Source: a virus (lineage: Duplodnaviria; Caudoviricetes). From it: a stretch of DNA of 37,127 nucleotides. The DNA is taken from positions 1 through 37,127 of the IMG/VR virus record IMGVR_UViG_3300030708_000492; one strand, 5' to 3'. Numbering within the stretch: position 1 is the stretch's first letter; each line of letters begins with the position of its first letter. Both the position numbers and the translations under genes were made by a program. Below, one piece after another: positions 16,987 to 25,879 of the stretch. The notes under the pieces are model-generated. The model was not told the DNA's origin. It was given only the letters and a program-made list of their open reading frames with translations, and made no database searches.

Positions 16987-18669
16987 ATGATAAATGAATT
17001 AAGTGCATTAGGTATAAAAATATTAAAACAAAAAGGTGAATATAAAACCACATGTCCACAATGTAGTCATACAAGAAAAAACAAACGGGACAAATGTTTA
17101 TCTGTTGACATCACCAACGGTTTGTACAATTGTCATAATTGCGGATGGTCAGGATCAGTGCAAAAATTTTCTACAAAACCTGACTATATTAAACCACTTG
17201 GAACAAATATACAGCTCAACAAAAGAGTTTTAAATTGGTTTGAACAACGTAAAATTACAGAATCTACATTATTACATTGGAAAATTGGCGAATCATTAGA
17301 GTATATGCCACAAGTAGGAAAAAAAAGACGTGTAATCAATTTTAATTATTTTAGAGATAATGAATTAATAAACGTAAAATTTAGAGATAGTGAGAAAAAT
17401 TTTAAAATGGTTTCTGGTGCAGAATTAATATTCTACGGATTAGATAACATCAAAGAATTAGATACTGTTTATGTAGTTGAAGGCGAAATGGACGCATTAA
17501 GTTTACATGAAGTTAATTTATACAGTGTTTGCAGTGTTCCAAACGGTGCAAGTAAAGGCAATCAAAAATTAGAATATTTAGATAATTGTTATCAGTATTT
17601 TGAAAATAAAAAAACAATTATTTTATGTACTGATAATGATGAACCAGGTTTAATGTTACGCAATGAATTAGCAAGAAGATTTGGTTATTATAAATGTAAA
17701 TATGTCGATTTTGGCGAATATAAAGACGCAAATGATGTATTAATTAACGCAGACAAAGATACATTACGCAATATAATTTTAAATGCTAAAAATTTTCCAT
17801 TAGAAGGAATTGTTAATATTGACAACATATGGCAAAACGTTTTAAATTTTAACGAAAAAGGTTTAAAAAACTATTCTATCGGAATGGGCAATTCTGATAA
17901 TTATTTTAAATTAGCATTTGGCGAATGGACAGTTGTTACAGGAATTCCTAACAGTGGAAAATCTGATATAGTAGATCAAATATGTTGCAATCTATCTACA
18001 AAATATGGTTTTAGATGTGCCATGTATGCGCCAGAATCTTTTCCATATGAAGGACACATTAAACGTATTGCAAATAAATTAAATGAAAAAAATTGCACAA
18101 ATGATGATTTAAATAACACTAAAGATTTTATACAAGAGCATTTTCATTGGGTAAAAATTGATCTAGAAAATCTTACATTAAAAGGAATACTAGACGCATT
18201 TAAACAATTAGTTTTACAAAAAGGAATTAACATTTGTGTTATTGACCCGTACAATATGTTAGATCATTCAGCACAAAAAGATTACAGTTACATTGGACGT
18301 TTACTTTCACAAATAACACAATTCTGTCAACAAACAAAAACACATTTATTTTTAGTTGCACACCCCAGAAAAATTGAAACTATCGAGGGTAAATATAAAA
18401 AACCGTCATTATATGATATTTCAGGAAGTGCTGATTTTTTTAACAAAAGTTTTAATGGTTTAATTGTGTTTAGAGAAATAGGGCAAAAATCAAAATACAA
18501 ATCAGACATTGTAAGTGTTTACGTTGAAAAAGTAAAACGTAAAGAAAACGGTCAGTTAGGAAGTTTTCAAATAGCGCCAGATTTTTATAATGGTGGCGGT
18601 GTTTATAAACATTTTACACGTGAGAATAAAAAATTTGAAGTTATAAAAGATAATAATATACCATTTTAA
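16987..18669 (+). CDS. Primase-helicase (T7 gp4/Twinkle-like)
   Basis: Zn finger CPQC...CHNC, TOPRIM VEGEMDALS and DND, SF4 helicase GIPNSGKS, IDPYN, AHPRK, DISGS. Confidence 0.93.
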   Translation: MINELSALGIKILKQKGEYKTTCPQCSHTRKNKRDKCLSVDITNGLYNCHNCGWSGSVQKFSTKPDYIKPLGTNIQLNKRVLNWFEQRKITESTLLHWKIGESLEYMPQVGKKRRVINFNYFRDNELINVKFRDSEKNFKMVSGAELIFYGLDNIKELDTVYVVEGEMDALSLHEVNLYSVCSVPNGASKGNQKLEYLDNCYQYFENKKTIILCTDNDEPGLMLRNELARRFGYYKCKYVDFGEYKDANDVLINADKDTLRNIILNAKNFPLEGIVNIDNIWQNVLNFNEKGLKNYSIGMGNSDNYFKLAFGEWTVVTGIPNSGKSDIVDQICCNLSTKYGFRCAMYAPESFPYEGHIKRIANKLNEKNCTNDDLNNTKDFIQEHFHWVKIDLENLTLKGILDAFKQLVLQKGINICVIDPYNMLDHSAQKDYSYIGRLLSQITQFCQQTKTHLFLVAHPRKIETIEGKYKKPSLYDISGSADFFNKSFNGLIVFREIGQKSKYKSDIVSVYVEKVKRKENGQLGSFQIAPDFYNGGGVYKHFTRENKKFEVIKDNNIPF

Positions 18670-18670
18670 A

Positions 18671-19867
18671 ATGAAAATAGAGTTAACACATAAAATTATA
18701 AATGACAAATACACAAAATATGTGTATGAAGCATTTGACATACAAAATCAAGAAGAAACAAAAGTTATTATTGATGCTAATTTAGAACGCATTCCTAAAG
18801 AATGGAACATTGGTGTTGTTTACGGCGGTTCAGGAACAGGAAAAACAACAATATTAAAAAATTTTTTTAATAAAGAAGTAGATCAGGAACATTTTGATTA
18901 TAACAAATCTTTAATTTCTAATTTTGATTGGTTAGAACCTAAACAAGCAACTTTTCTTCTGTCAGCTATGGGTCTTGCAAGTGTTCCGACTTGGTTACGT
19001 CCATATCATACATTGTCTAACGGCGAACAATACAGAGCAAAACTAGCATATATTGTTGGACGTGCAACAATTAACCAAGTAATTTTAGTTGATGAATATA
19101 CGTCTGTTGTTGATCGTGATGTTGCAAAAGCAATGTCAAACGCATTACAAAAATATATACGTAAGACAAACAAAAAAATTGTTCTTGCATCTTGTCATTT
19201 TGACATTATGGATTGGTTGCAACCCGATTGGATTTATTCACCACAAAAACGGCGTCTTGAAATAGCGTCACGACTTCGGCGCAAACCAAAAATTAAGCTT
19301 CAGATATTTCGATGTCGATATGAAACTTGGCAAATATTCAAAGACCATCATTATTTAAGTGAAGAACTAAATAAATCAGCAAAATCATTTGTCATATTGT
19401 ACAATGATAAACCTGTTTGTTTTATGGGTATTTTGCCAATGCCAAGTGGAACAATACAAAATGCTTTTCGAGTTAGTCGATTGGTTGTTTTACCAGATTT
19501 CCAAGGGTTAAGTATTGGTATGAAAATATTAAATTTATTTGGCGCAATGTATAAAACAAATAAACAAACATTATATATAAAAACGTCAAACCCTTCGTTG
19601 TTTGTAGGCATGAAACGTAACACACAAAATTGGTTATTAATTAATGAAAGCAATAACGTGGAAAAATTAAAAGAAACAAACAGAAAGTTAAGAGAACAAA
19701 AAGAAGCAGGTTTAATAGATTTTTTTGGAGGCATAAAATATTTTAAAGAAAGCGTGACAAAATCTTATAAATATATAGGCGAAGAACATAAAGAAGATAT
19801 ATCAATTATATTATTTAAAACTGAAGTTTATAAACACGTTGCACAAAATCAAATCAGTATGTTTTAA
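18671..19867 (+). CDS. ABC-type ATPase fused to a GNAT (Mom-like) acyltransferase
   Basis: Walker A GGSGTGKT, signature LSNGEQ, Walker B ILVDE, H-loop ASCH; C-half has HHYL and RVSRLVVLPDFQGLSIG (acyl-CoA motif A). Confidence 0.8.
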   Translation: MKIELTHKIINDKYTKYVYEAFDIQNQEETKVIIDANLERIPKEWNIGVVYGGSGTGKTTILKNFFNKEVDQEHFDYNKSLISNFDWLEPKQATFLLSAMGLASVPTWLRPYHTLSNGEQYRAKLAYIVGRATINQVILVDEYTSVVDRDVAKAMSNALQKYIRKTNKKIVLASCHFDIMDWLQPDWIYSPQKRRLEIASRLRRKPKIKLQIFRCRYETWQIFKDHHYLSEELNKSAKSFVILYNDKPVCFMGILPMPSGTIQNAFRVSRLVVLPDFQGLSIGMKILNLFGAMYKTNKQTLYIKTSNPSLFVGMKRNTQNWLLINESNNVEKLKETNRKLREQKEAGLIDFFGGIKYFKESVTKSYKYIGEEHKEDISIILFKTEVYKHVAQNQISMF

Positions 19868-19890
19868 ATAAAATTTAACAGAGAAGAATT

Positions 19891-19960
19891 AAAAAAATAA
19901 AAAAAAATTTAAAATTTTATTGAAAATATTTTTTTAATTTAAAATGTTGTTGTATATTTG
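19891..19960 (+). promoter_or_regulatory. Extended AT-rich promoter of island 1
   Basis: TATATTTG at 19953-60; 58/70 ungapped identity to 27157-27226. Confidence 0.7.
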
Positions 19961-19987
19961 GTATATCAAACAATTAAAACAATAAAA

Positions 19988-20197
19988 ATGTTAATGAAAG
20001 TTAAAAAAATAAGAGAAGGGGTTTACAGGGTTACAGATTCACAAGGTGTATGGATTGCAAGAGGTGGAGTTGGTACTGATAACGGAAAGTGGACAGCTAA
20101 TCAATGTGATAAATTAGAAGATTGCACAAACGAAAACAATTGGGGTGTTCAGTTTGATACTTTCAAACAATTAAAACAATTTGCACAAAACAATTAA
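19988..20197 (+). CDS. Hypothetical small protein (island 1)
   Basis: The ATG at 19988 after an A-rich leader is more plausible than TTG 19958, which overlaps the -7 box. Confidence 0.7.
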   Translation: MLMKVKKIREGVYRVTDSQGVWIARGGVGTDNGKWTANQCDKLEDCTNENNWGVQFDTFKQLKQFAQNN

Positions 20198-20218
20198 TAA
20201 CAATAAAAACTAAACAAA

Positions 20219-20389
20219 ATGAAAAACTTAAAAACAGCTTTAAACAAACAACTAGATATTTATTTAGATGAAAGAGAAGAACTATTAAGAACTATAACCG
20301 TTCACGAAGAAGAAAAAGCTCTTAAAATACAATTAGACATAGTAAGAGATAAAATTGTTGAAGTAGCTAAAATAATTAATAAATTATAA
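20219..20389 (+). CDS. Hypothetical helical protein, 56 aa (island 1, not in track)
   Basis: MKNLKTALNKQLDIYLDEREELL...IINKL; A-rich leader shared with 27561. Confidence 0.7.
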   Translation: MKNLKTALNKQLDIYLDEREELLRTITVHEEEKALKIQLDIVRDKIVEVAKIINKL

Positions 20390-20412
20390 AACAATAACAA
20401 TTTAAACAAAAT

Positions 20413-20441
20413 AACCCCTGCAGAAATGTGGGGGTTTTTTT
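20413..20441 (+). terminator. Intrinsic terminator closing island 1
   Basis: AACCCCTGCA-GAAA-TGTGGGGGTT followed by a T-run. Confidence 0.85.
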
Positions 20442-20451
20442 ATATTTACAT

Positions 20452-20670
20452 ATGACTAAAAAGCATTATAAAGCAATACAATGGTGTATAAACAACAAAA
20501 TATTTGTCAGTGCATATCCAACATTAAAAGGTTTAAAAATAGAAATAAAACATAATAATAAAGTGATAATATCTGATCAAACATATGATCAAAACGAATT
20601 GCAAAATAAATTATGGGAATTATATTTGTATCTTTATGAAAAATATTACAATGGCAAAAAAACAACATAA
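20452..20670 (+). CDS. Hypothetical protein
   Basis: MTKKHYKAIQWCINNKIFV...; ATG 20452 preferred because GTG 20428 lies inside the terminator stem. Confidence 0.65.
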   Translation: MTKKHYKAIQWCINNKIFVSAYPTLKGLKIEIKHNNKVIISDQTYDQNELQNKLWELYLYLYEKYYNGKKTT

Positions 20671-21031
20671 TGCAACACTAAAAAAGAGAATGTTAAATGC
20701 ATTAGAAAAAACTTTTGGTGTTGTTACAACAGCTGCAACAATGGCTGGTATAGATAGAACAACACATTACAGATGGTTAAAATCAGATGAAAAATACTTT
20801 GAACAAGTTAATGACTTGGAAAATGTAATGTTAGATTTTGCAGAAACCAATCTGCATCAACAAATAATGGAAGGCAATACAACAGCAACAATATTTCTTT
20901 TAAAAACAAGAGGAAGAAAACGTGGTTACATAGAACGTCAAAATATAGAGATGACAGCTGATATAAACACTAGTAAATTGTCACCAGAGGCACAACAGAA
21001 AATTGACGCAATTTTAAATGAGGAATATTAA
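20651..21031 (+). CDS. terS: Terminase small subunit
   Basis: HTH G.VT.AA..AGIDRTTHYRW, AE..L...I.EGN.TA.IF.LK.RG..RGY.ER; directly upstream of terL. Confidence 0.8.
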   Translation: MAKKQHNATLKKRMLNALEKTFGVVTTAATMAGIDRTTHYRWLKSDEKYFEQVNDLENVMLDFAETNLHQQIMEGNTTATIFLLKTRGRKRGYIERQNIEMTADINTSKLSPEAQQKIDAILNEEY

Positions 21032-22376
21032 TGGCATTATAAAAACAAAATGCGAAAATTCTTTATTGTTTTTTACTAGATATATATTTAAAGAAAACAC
21101 TGGAATTAAATTTGAAGTAGCTGAATTTCATAAAGAATTAGCAAATATATTACAACAGGTATATGACGGAAAAATTAAAAGATTAATTATCAATATACCT
21201 CCACGTTATGGCAAAACAGAATTAGCAGTTAAAATGTACATTAGCTGGTGTTTAGCTAAAAATCCAAGAGCCAAGTTTATACATTTATCTTATTCAGATG
21301 CATTAGCACTTGACAATAGTTCTATGACACGTGAATATATTATGTCAGATGCGTTTCAAAAAATCTGGAATTTACAATTAAAAAAAGACAGTCAAAGTCA
21401 AAAAAAGTGGTACACTACGCAAGGAGGCGGTGTTTATGCTACTGCAAGTGGAGGCGCTATAACAGGTTTTGGTGCTGGTAATGGTGGCGCTATAATCATA
21501 GACGACCCATTAAAACCAGATGACGCTTTAAGTGATGTAAGAAGAAGTTTTATAAACAATAGATACAATACAACTATTAGATCAAGAGTAAATGACAGAG
21601 ATGTTCCAATTATAGTTATTATGCAACGACTTCATGAGGACGATTTGTCTGGTTATCTTTTAGACGGTAATAGTGGCGAACAATGGCATCATTTAAAATT
21701 AACTGCTATAAATAAAAACAATGTTCCGTTGTGGCCAACCAAACATTCATTTAAAGAATTAGAATCAATAAGACAAGCAGACAGATATACATTTTCTGGA
21801 CAATACATGCAAGAACCAGCACCAGCTGAGGGTGGCGAATGGCGTAAAGATTGGTTTAACATTATAAATAAAAGTGAATTGCCAAACGACATAGAATGGG
21901 AAATGTTTATTGACGGCGCATATACTAAAGACACTAAAAACGACCCAACAGGAATACAAATCAGTGGCAAATCAAATGACAATCTTTACATATTAAAAAG
22001 CATTGATAAATATTTAGAGATGCCAGAATTAAAGAATTTTATAATTTCATTTGTCAAAAGTTGTGGTGTTCACATTAATCTAATATTGGTTGAACCAAAA
22101 GCGTCTGGTAAATCATTAGTGCAATTATTAAGACGTGAAACACATTATAACGTAAGTGAATTAAAAACAGATTTTGTTAGATTCAGTAAAATAGAACGTG
22201 CTAGAGCATCATCTCCTTTTATTGAGGGCGGCAGGGTTTACTTAACAAAAGACAATTGGAATGACGCTTATTTACAACAAGTTGGAACGTTTCCTAACGC
22301 TAAACATGATGAACACATTGACGTTACAGCATATGCCATAGAGCGTAATTTAATTAAAAATTTCTTTGTCGTTTAA
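21018..22376 (+). CDS. terL: Terminase large subunit
   Basis: IPPRYGKT Walker A, IIIDDP Walker B, MQRLHEDD, YMQEP, FPNAKHDEHID nuclease end. Confidence 0.95.
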   Translation: MRNINGIIKTKCENSLLFFTRYIFKENTGIKFEVAEFHKELANILQQVYDGKIKRLIINIPPRYGKTELAVKMYISWCLAKNPRAKFIHLSYSDALALDNSSMTREYIMSDAFQKIWNLQLKKDSQSQKKWYTTQGGGVYATASGGAITGFGAGNGGAIIIDDPLKPDDALSDVRRSFINNRYNTTIRSRVNDRDVPIIVIMQRLHEDDLSGYLLDGNSGEQWHHLKLTAINKNNVPLWPTKHSFKELESIRQADRYTFSGQYMQEPAPAEGGEWRKDWFNIINKSELPNDIEWEMFIDGAYTKDTKNDPTGIQISGKSNDNLYILKSIDKYLEMPELKNFIISFVKSCGVHINLILVEPKASGKSLVQLLRRETHYNVSELKTDFVRFSKIERARASSPFIEGGRVYLTKDNWNDAYLQQVGTFPNAKHDEHIDVTAYAIERNLIKNFFVV

Positions 22377-22421
22377 TTACTTTTAATTTTTGTATTTTTA
22401 CAAAAAATTTATTATAGGCAC

Positions 22422-24332
22422 ATGGCATCTTTATTTGATCGTTTCAAAAATCTATTGAACAAAAACGCACAAAAGACATCAGAACAATATAACCGAGCAA
22501 TATATAATTTTCTTGGCGAAAGCATTATATGGAATTCTGAAAATGATGATACTTACATACAACAAGGTTATCAAAAAAACGCAACAATATATTCTTTAAT
22601 TAATATAATCACTAAAGCTGCAACAACAATTCCGTTTCAAATTTACGAGATAGAAAATAAAAATGATTACAAAAGATATAAAGCATTAACAAGCGGAACA
22701 TTTGACGCTAACATTTTACATAAATCAGAAATATTAAGAAAGCGTGCTTTAAGCGAAATTGAAGATACTGAATTACATATGTTGTTAGATCGACCAAACC
22801 CTGCACAATCTTATAATAGTTTTATAACAGAATTAATTGCATTTGGCAAACTTACAGGGAACAGATACATATATGGCATTGGACCAGAATCAGGCGACAA
22901 TATTGGAAAATACAAAGAATTATATGTAATGCCTTCACAATTAATGGAAATAATTAGTGGTGGTATTATGCAACCTGTTGTAAAATATAAAATACAATAT
23001 AACGGAAATCATGACATTCCAGCAGAACAGATTTGCCATATTAAAGATTTTAACCCCTACTACGACGGAACTGGAACACATCTTTACGGACAATCTCCTT
23101 TACGTGCTGGTTTACGTTCAATGACCACAAATAATGAAGCTGTTCAAACAGGTGTTAAGTATTTACAAAACCAAACTGCTAGAGGTGTGTTAATGTCAGA
23201 AGAAGGTGACATAAACGAAGTACAGGCGCAACAATTAAAAGATAAATTTCGTCAATCACATCAAGGGTCAAACAACGCAGGAGATATTATAATAACTCCT
23301 AAAAAGTTATCATGGGTTAATTTTGGACTGAATGCATCAGATGTTTCTTTGATCGAGCAATATAATGCATCAATAAAAGATTTATGTAACATTTATAATG
23401 TGCCTGTTCAATTGTTAAACAACACTGATTCAACAACATATAATAACATGAAAGAAGCAAAAAAGGCATTATATCAAAATGTTGTTATTCCTGAATTGTG
23501 TAAAATACGTGATGAATTAAATAGATGGTTAACACCTAAATATGGTGAAAAACTATGCATTGATTTTGATTTTAGTGTTATTCCAGAATTGCAAGAGGAA
23601 ACAGACAAAGTTGTTAATCAGATGTCACAAGCGTGGTGGTTGACACCTAACGAAAAACGTATGGCAATGAATTATGGCGAAGATGAAGAAAACGACATTA
23701 TGAATGAATATTTTATTCCTGCTAATTTAATGCCTACAAATGATTTTGACGAAGTAGTTGACGAACCATTAGATATTGAAGTTGACAAACTTTTAAAAGA
23801 AAAAATACCAGCATTTCATGACGCATACACAACACAAGAAGAAGCAGAACAAAGAGCAATCGAAATGGGTTGGGACGGACAAGGCATAGGGTTTCATACA
23901 CATACTTACGACGGGCAAACAATTTACATGCCTTTTAAAACACATCAAGAATATGATGCTGCTTTGCAAAACAAAAAACATCAATTTAATATTAAAGAAA
24001 CGTATGACAATTATCCACAAGGCGCTACAAATAATGCTAAACGTATGATCGAATGGAGAAAAAAATATGGACGTGACACAGTGCGTGGTGGTACAAATGT
24101 TGGATGGACAAGAGCTGCACAATTAGCTAAACGTGAATCTTTGTCAGTTACAACTCTTGCACGTGTAAAATCTTTTTTAGCAAGACATAAAGACAATTCT
24201 AAAATTGATGATCAATACAAGGGCGAACCGTGGAAGGACAAAGGTTACGTAGCATATAATCTTTGGGGTGGTGAAGTTATGCGAACATGGGTAAACAGAT
24301 TTTTTGAACGCATTGAAAATGATAAACAATAA
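22422..24332 (+). CDS. Portal protein (HK97 family) with a C-terminal extension of about 200 aa
   Basis: LLDRPNP, GN.Y, YGQSPL, I.N.Y.VP..LL....STTYNN, LTPNE.R; extra domains follow about 23740. Confidence 0.92.
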   Translation: MASLFDRFKNLLNKNAQKTSEQYNRAIYNFLGESIIWNSENDDTYIQQGYQKNATIYSLINIITKAATTIPFQIYEIENKNDYKRYKALTSGTFDANILHKSEILRKRALSEIEDTELHMLLDRPNPAQSYNSFITELIAFGKLTGNRYIYGIGPESGDNIGKYKELYVMPSQLMEIISGGIMQPVVKYKIQYNGNHDIPAEQICHIKDFNPYYDGTGTHLYGQSPLRAGLRSMTTNNEAVQTGVKYLQNQTARGVLMSEEGDINEVQAQQLKDKFRQSHQGSNNAGDIIITPKKLSWVNFGLNASDVSLIEQYNASIKDLCNIYNVPVQLLNNTDSTTYNNMKEAKKALYQNVVIPELCKIRDELNRWLTPKYGEKLCIDFDFSVIPELQEETDKVVNQMSQAWWLTPNEKRMAMNYGEDEENDIMNEYFIPANLMPTNDFDEVVDEPLDIEVDKLLKEKIPAFHDAYTTQEEAEQRAIEMGWDGQGIGFHTHTYDGQTIYMPFKTHQEYDAALQNKKHQFNIKETYDNYPQGATNNAKRMIEWRKKYGRDTVRGGTNVGWTRAAQLAKRESLSVTTLARVKSFLARHKDNSKIDDQYKGEPWKDKGYVAYNLWGGEVMRTWVNRFFERIENDKQ

Positions 24333-25149
24333 AAATGAGTGGCAAAAAGCATTTGAAAAACAAATGGACATTGCCGAAAAACCTAACATTGCAAAAGTAA
24401 AACGTTACTACAAAAAAGAATATAATAAAGGAATACAATCTTTCCTGTCTTTGAATGCTACTAATTACGAAAACACTTTTTTAACTGCTGATTTTATAAA
24501 ATTATATGCAGAAATATATAAATCAGTTGGGTTGCGTTTTGCTAAATGGTATGCACGTAATTTTGATAAATACATAAAAAAAGGAATAAATCCTAGACAA
24601 TTTGAAAGTATTTGGGAACAACAATTTTTGTTTCTTGGTCAAGCCATTGCTGCTAGACGTGTAACATTAGTTTCAGGAACAGCAAAAAAAACATTACGCA
24701 ATATTTTTAGAAGTTTACTATCAGATCAAGAATTTATGCAACTAGGCGAACAACAACAAGCACGTGTATTAAGAAAAAAATTTAACAGATATTCACAAAC
24801 ACAAGCAGAACGTTTAGTCAGAACAGAATCAACTTTAATAGCAAATTATGCTACAATGCAAAGTGCATTGTCTATATTTCCAGGCGCACAAATGAAAAAA
24901 GAGTGGATAGCAAGTTTTGATGACAGAACACGTGACGCACATGCACAAGCTGACGGACAAATTGTTAATTATGATGACACATTTATTGTTGGAGTAGATT
25001 TTATGAAGTATCCAGGCGACCCAGCTGCAAGTGCTGAAAATATAATAAATTGTCGTTGTAGTGTTGCGCCTTTTCCTGATGATTTTGCAGAATCGATTAC
25101 AGACATAGATAACATAGGTTTTGGTCTTTCAAGACAAACAACTTTTTAA
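24319..25149 (+). CDS. Head morphogenesis protein (MuF/SPP1 gp7-like)
   Basis: AERLVRTE, KKEW...DDRTR.AH...DGQ, MKYPGDP...ENIINCRC. Confidence 0.9.
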   Translation: MINNKNEWQKAFEKQMDIAEKPNIAKVKRYYKKEYNKGIQSFLSLNATNYENTFLTADFIKLYAEIYKSVGLRFAKWYARNFDKYIKKGINPRQFESIWEQQFLFLGQAIAARRVTLVSGTAKKTLRNIFRSLLSDQEFMQLGEQQQARVLRKKFNRYSQTQAERLVRTESTLIANYATMQSALSIFPGAQMKKEWIASFDDRTRDAHAQADGQIVNYDDTFIVGVDFMKYPGDPAASAENIINCRCSVAPFPDDFAESITDIDNIGFGLSRQTTF

Positions 25150-25161
25150 AAATTAAAATTG

Positions 25162-25169
25162 TATCTTTG
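25162..25169 (+). promoter_or_regulatory. Bacteroidota-type -7 element before protease/capsid genes
   Basis: Intergenic TATCTTTG. Confidence 0.6.
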
Positions 25170-25185
25170 ATACAAATTTTTTGTT

Positions 25186-25878
25186 ATGGGAAATATAATT
25201 TTTAAGCAATCGCCTATTGGTGAATTATTAGACGCTGACGAATATGCTGGCGTAGTTAAAGGTTACGGTTCATATTTTGGAAATAAAGATTCTGACAATG
25301 ACGTAATAATGAAAGGTGCATACAAGAAAACCATTAAAGAAAATGGTGAAAGAGTAAAATATTTGTATCAGCACAATATGATGCAACCAATTGGTAAAAT
25401 GAAAGAATTATACGAAGATGATAAAGGTTTAGTTTTTGTAGCTGAAATTGCCAAAACGCAATTAGGTAAAGACGTTGTTGAATTAATGAAATCTGGTATA
25501 TTAACTGAAAATTCAGTTGGTATTATGCCAATACAAAAAGAAAACAAACGTGATTATAGAGAAATAACAGAGGTTAAACTTTATGAGATCAGCGCAGTAA
25601 CTTTAGCTGCAAATGAAGAGGCAAAAATTTTAGATGTAAAAGGTAACGTTGATTATGAAAAATTAACAAAACGTTACGACAATATTTGTAAAATTATTCG
25701 CAAAGGTGACATATCTGATGATTTAGGTTACGCACTAGAAGCGGAAGTTTTAAAATTAAAATCTCTATTTATAGAGTTCACAAAGCCGACAGATTTAGTC
25801 ACTTTGCCGAATGTTGAAAGTAAAAAAGACGATTTAGATATGTATAGTTATTTAATTAATTCTTTAAAAAAATCGTAA
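25186..25878 (+). CDS. HK97-type prohead protease
   Basis: GYGSYFGNKDS..D....GAY, LYQH...PIG, EDDKGL, SVG, L.EISAVT..AN..A.I..VK. Confidence 0.93.
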   Translation: MGNIIFKQSPIGELLDADEYAGVVKGYGSYFGNKDSDNDVIMKGAYKKTIKENGERVKYLYQHNMMQPIGKMKELYEDDKGLVFVAEIAKTQLGKDVVELMKSGILTENSVGIMPIQKENKRDYREITEVKLYEISAVTLAANEEAKILDVKGNVDYEKLTKRYDNICKIIRKGDISDDLGYALEAEVLKLKSLFIEFTKPTDLVTLPNVESKKDDLDMYSYLINSLKKS

Positions 25879-25879
25879 G

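Noticed and set aside
24011-24019. Perfect DnaA box TTATCCACA
   Set aside because: A single copy inside coding sequence (N-Y-P-Q) with no cluster or unwinding element.
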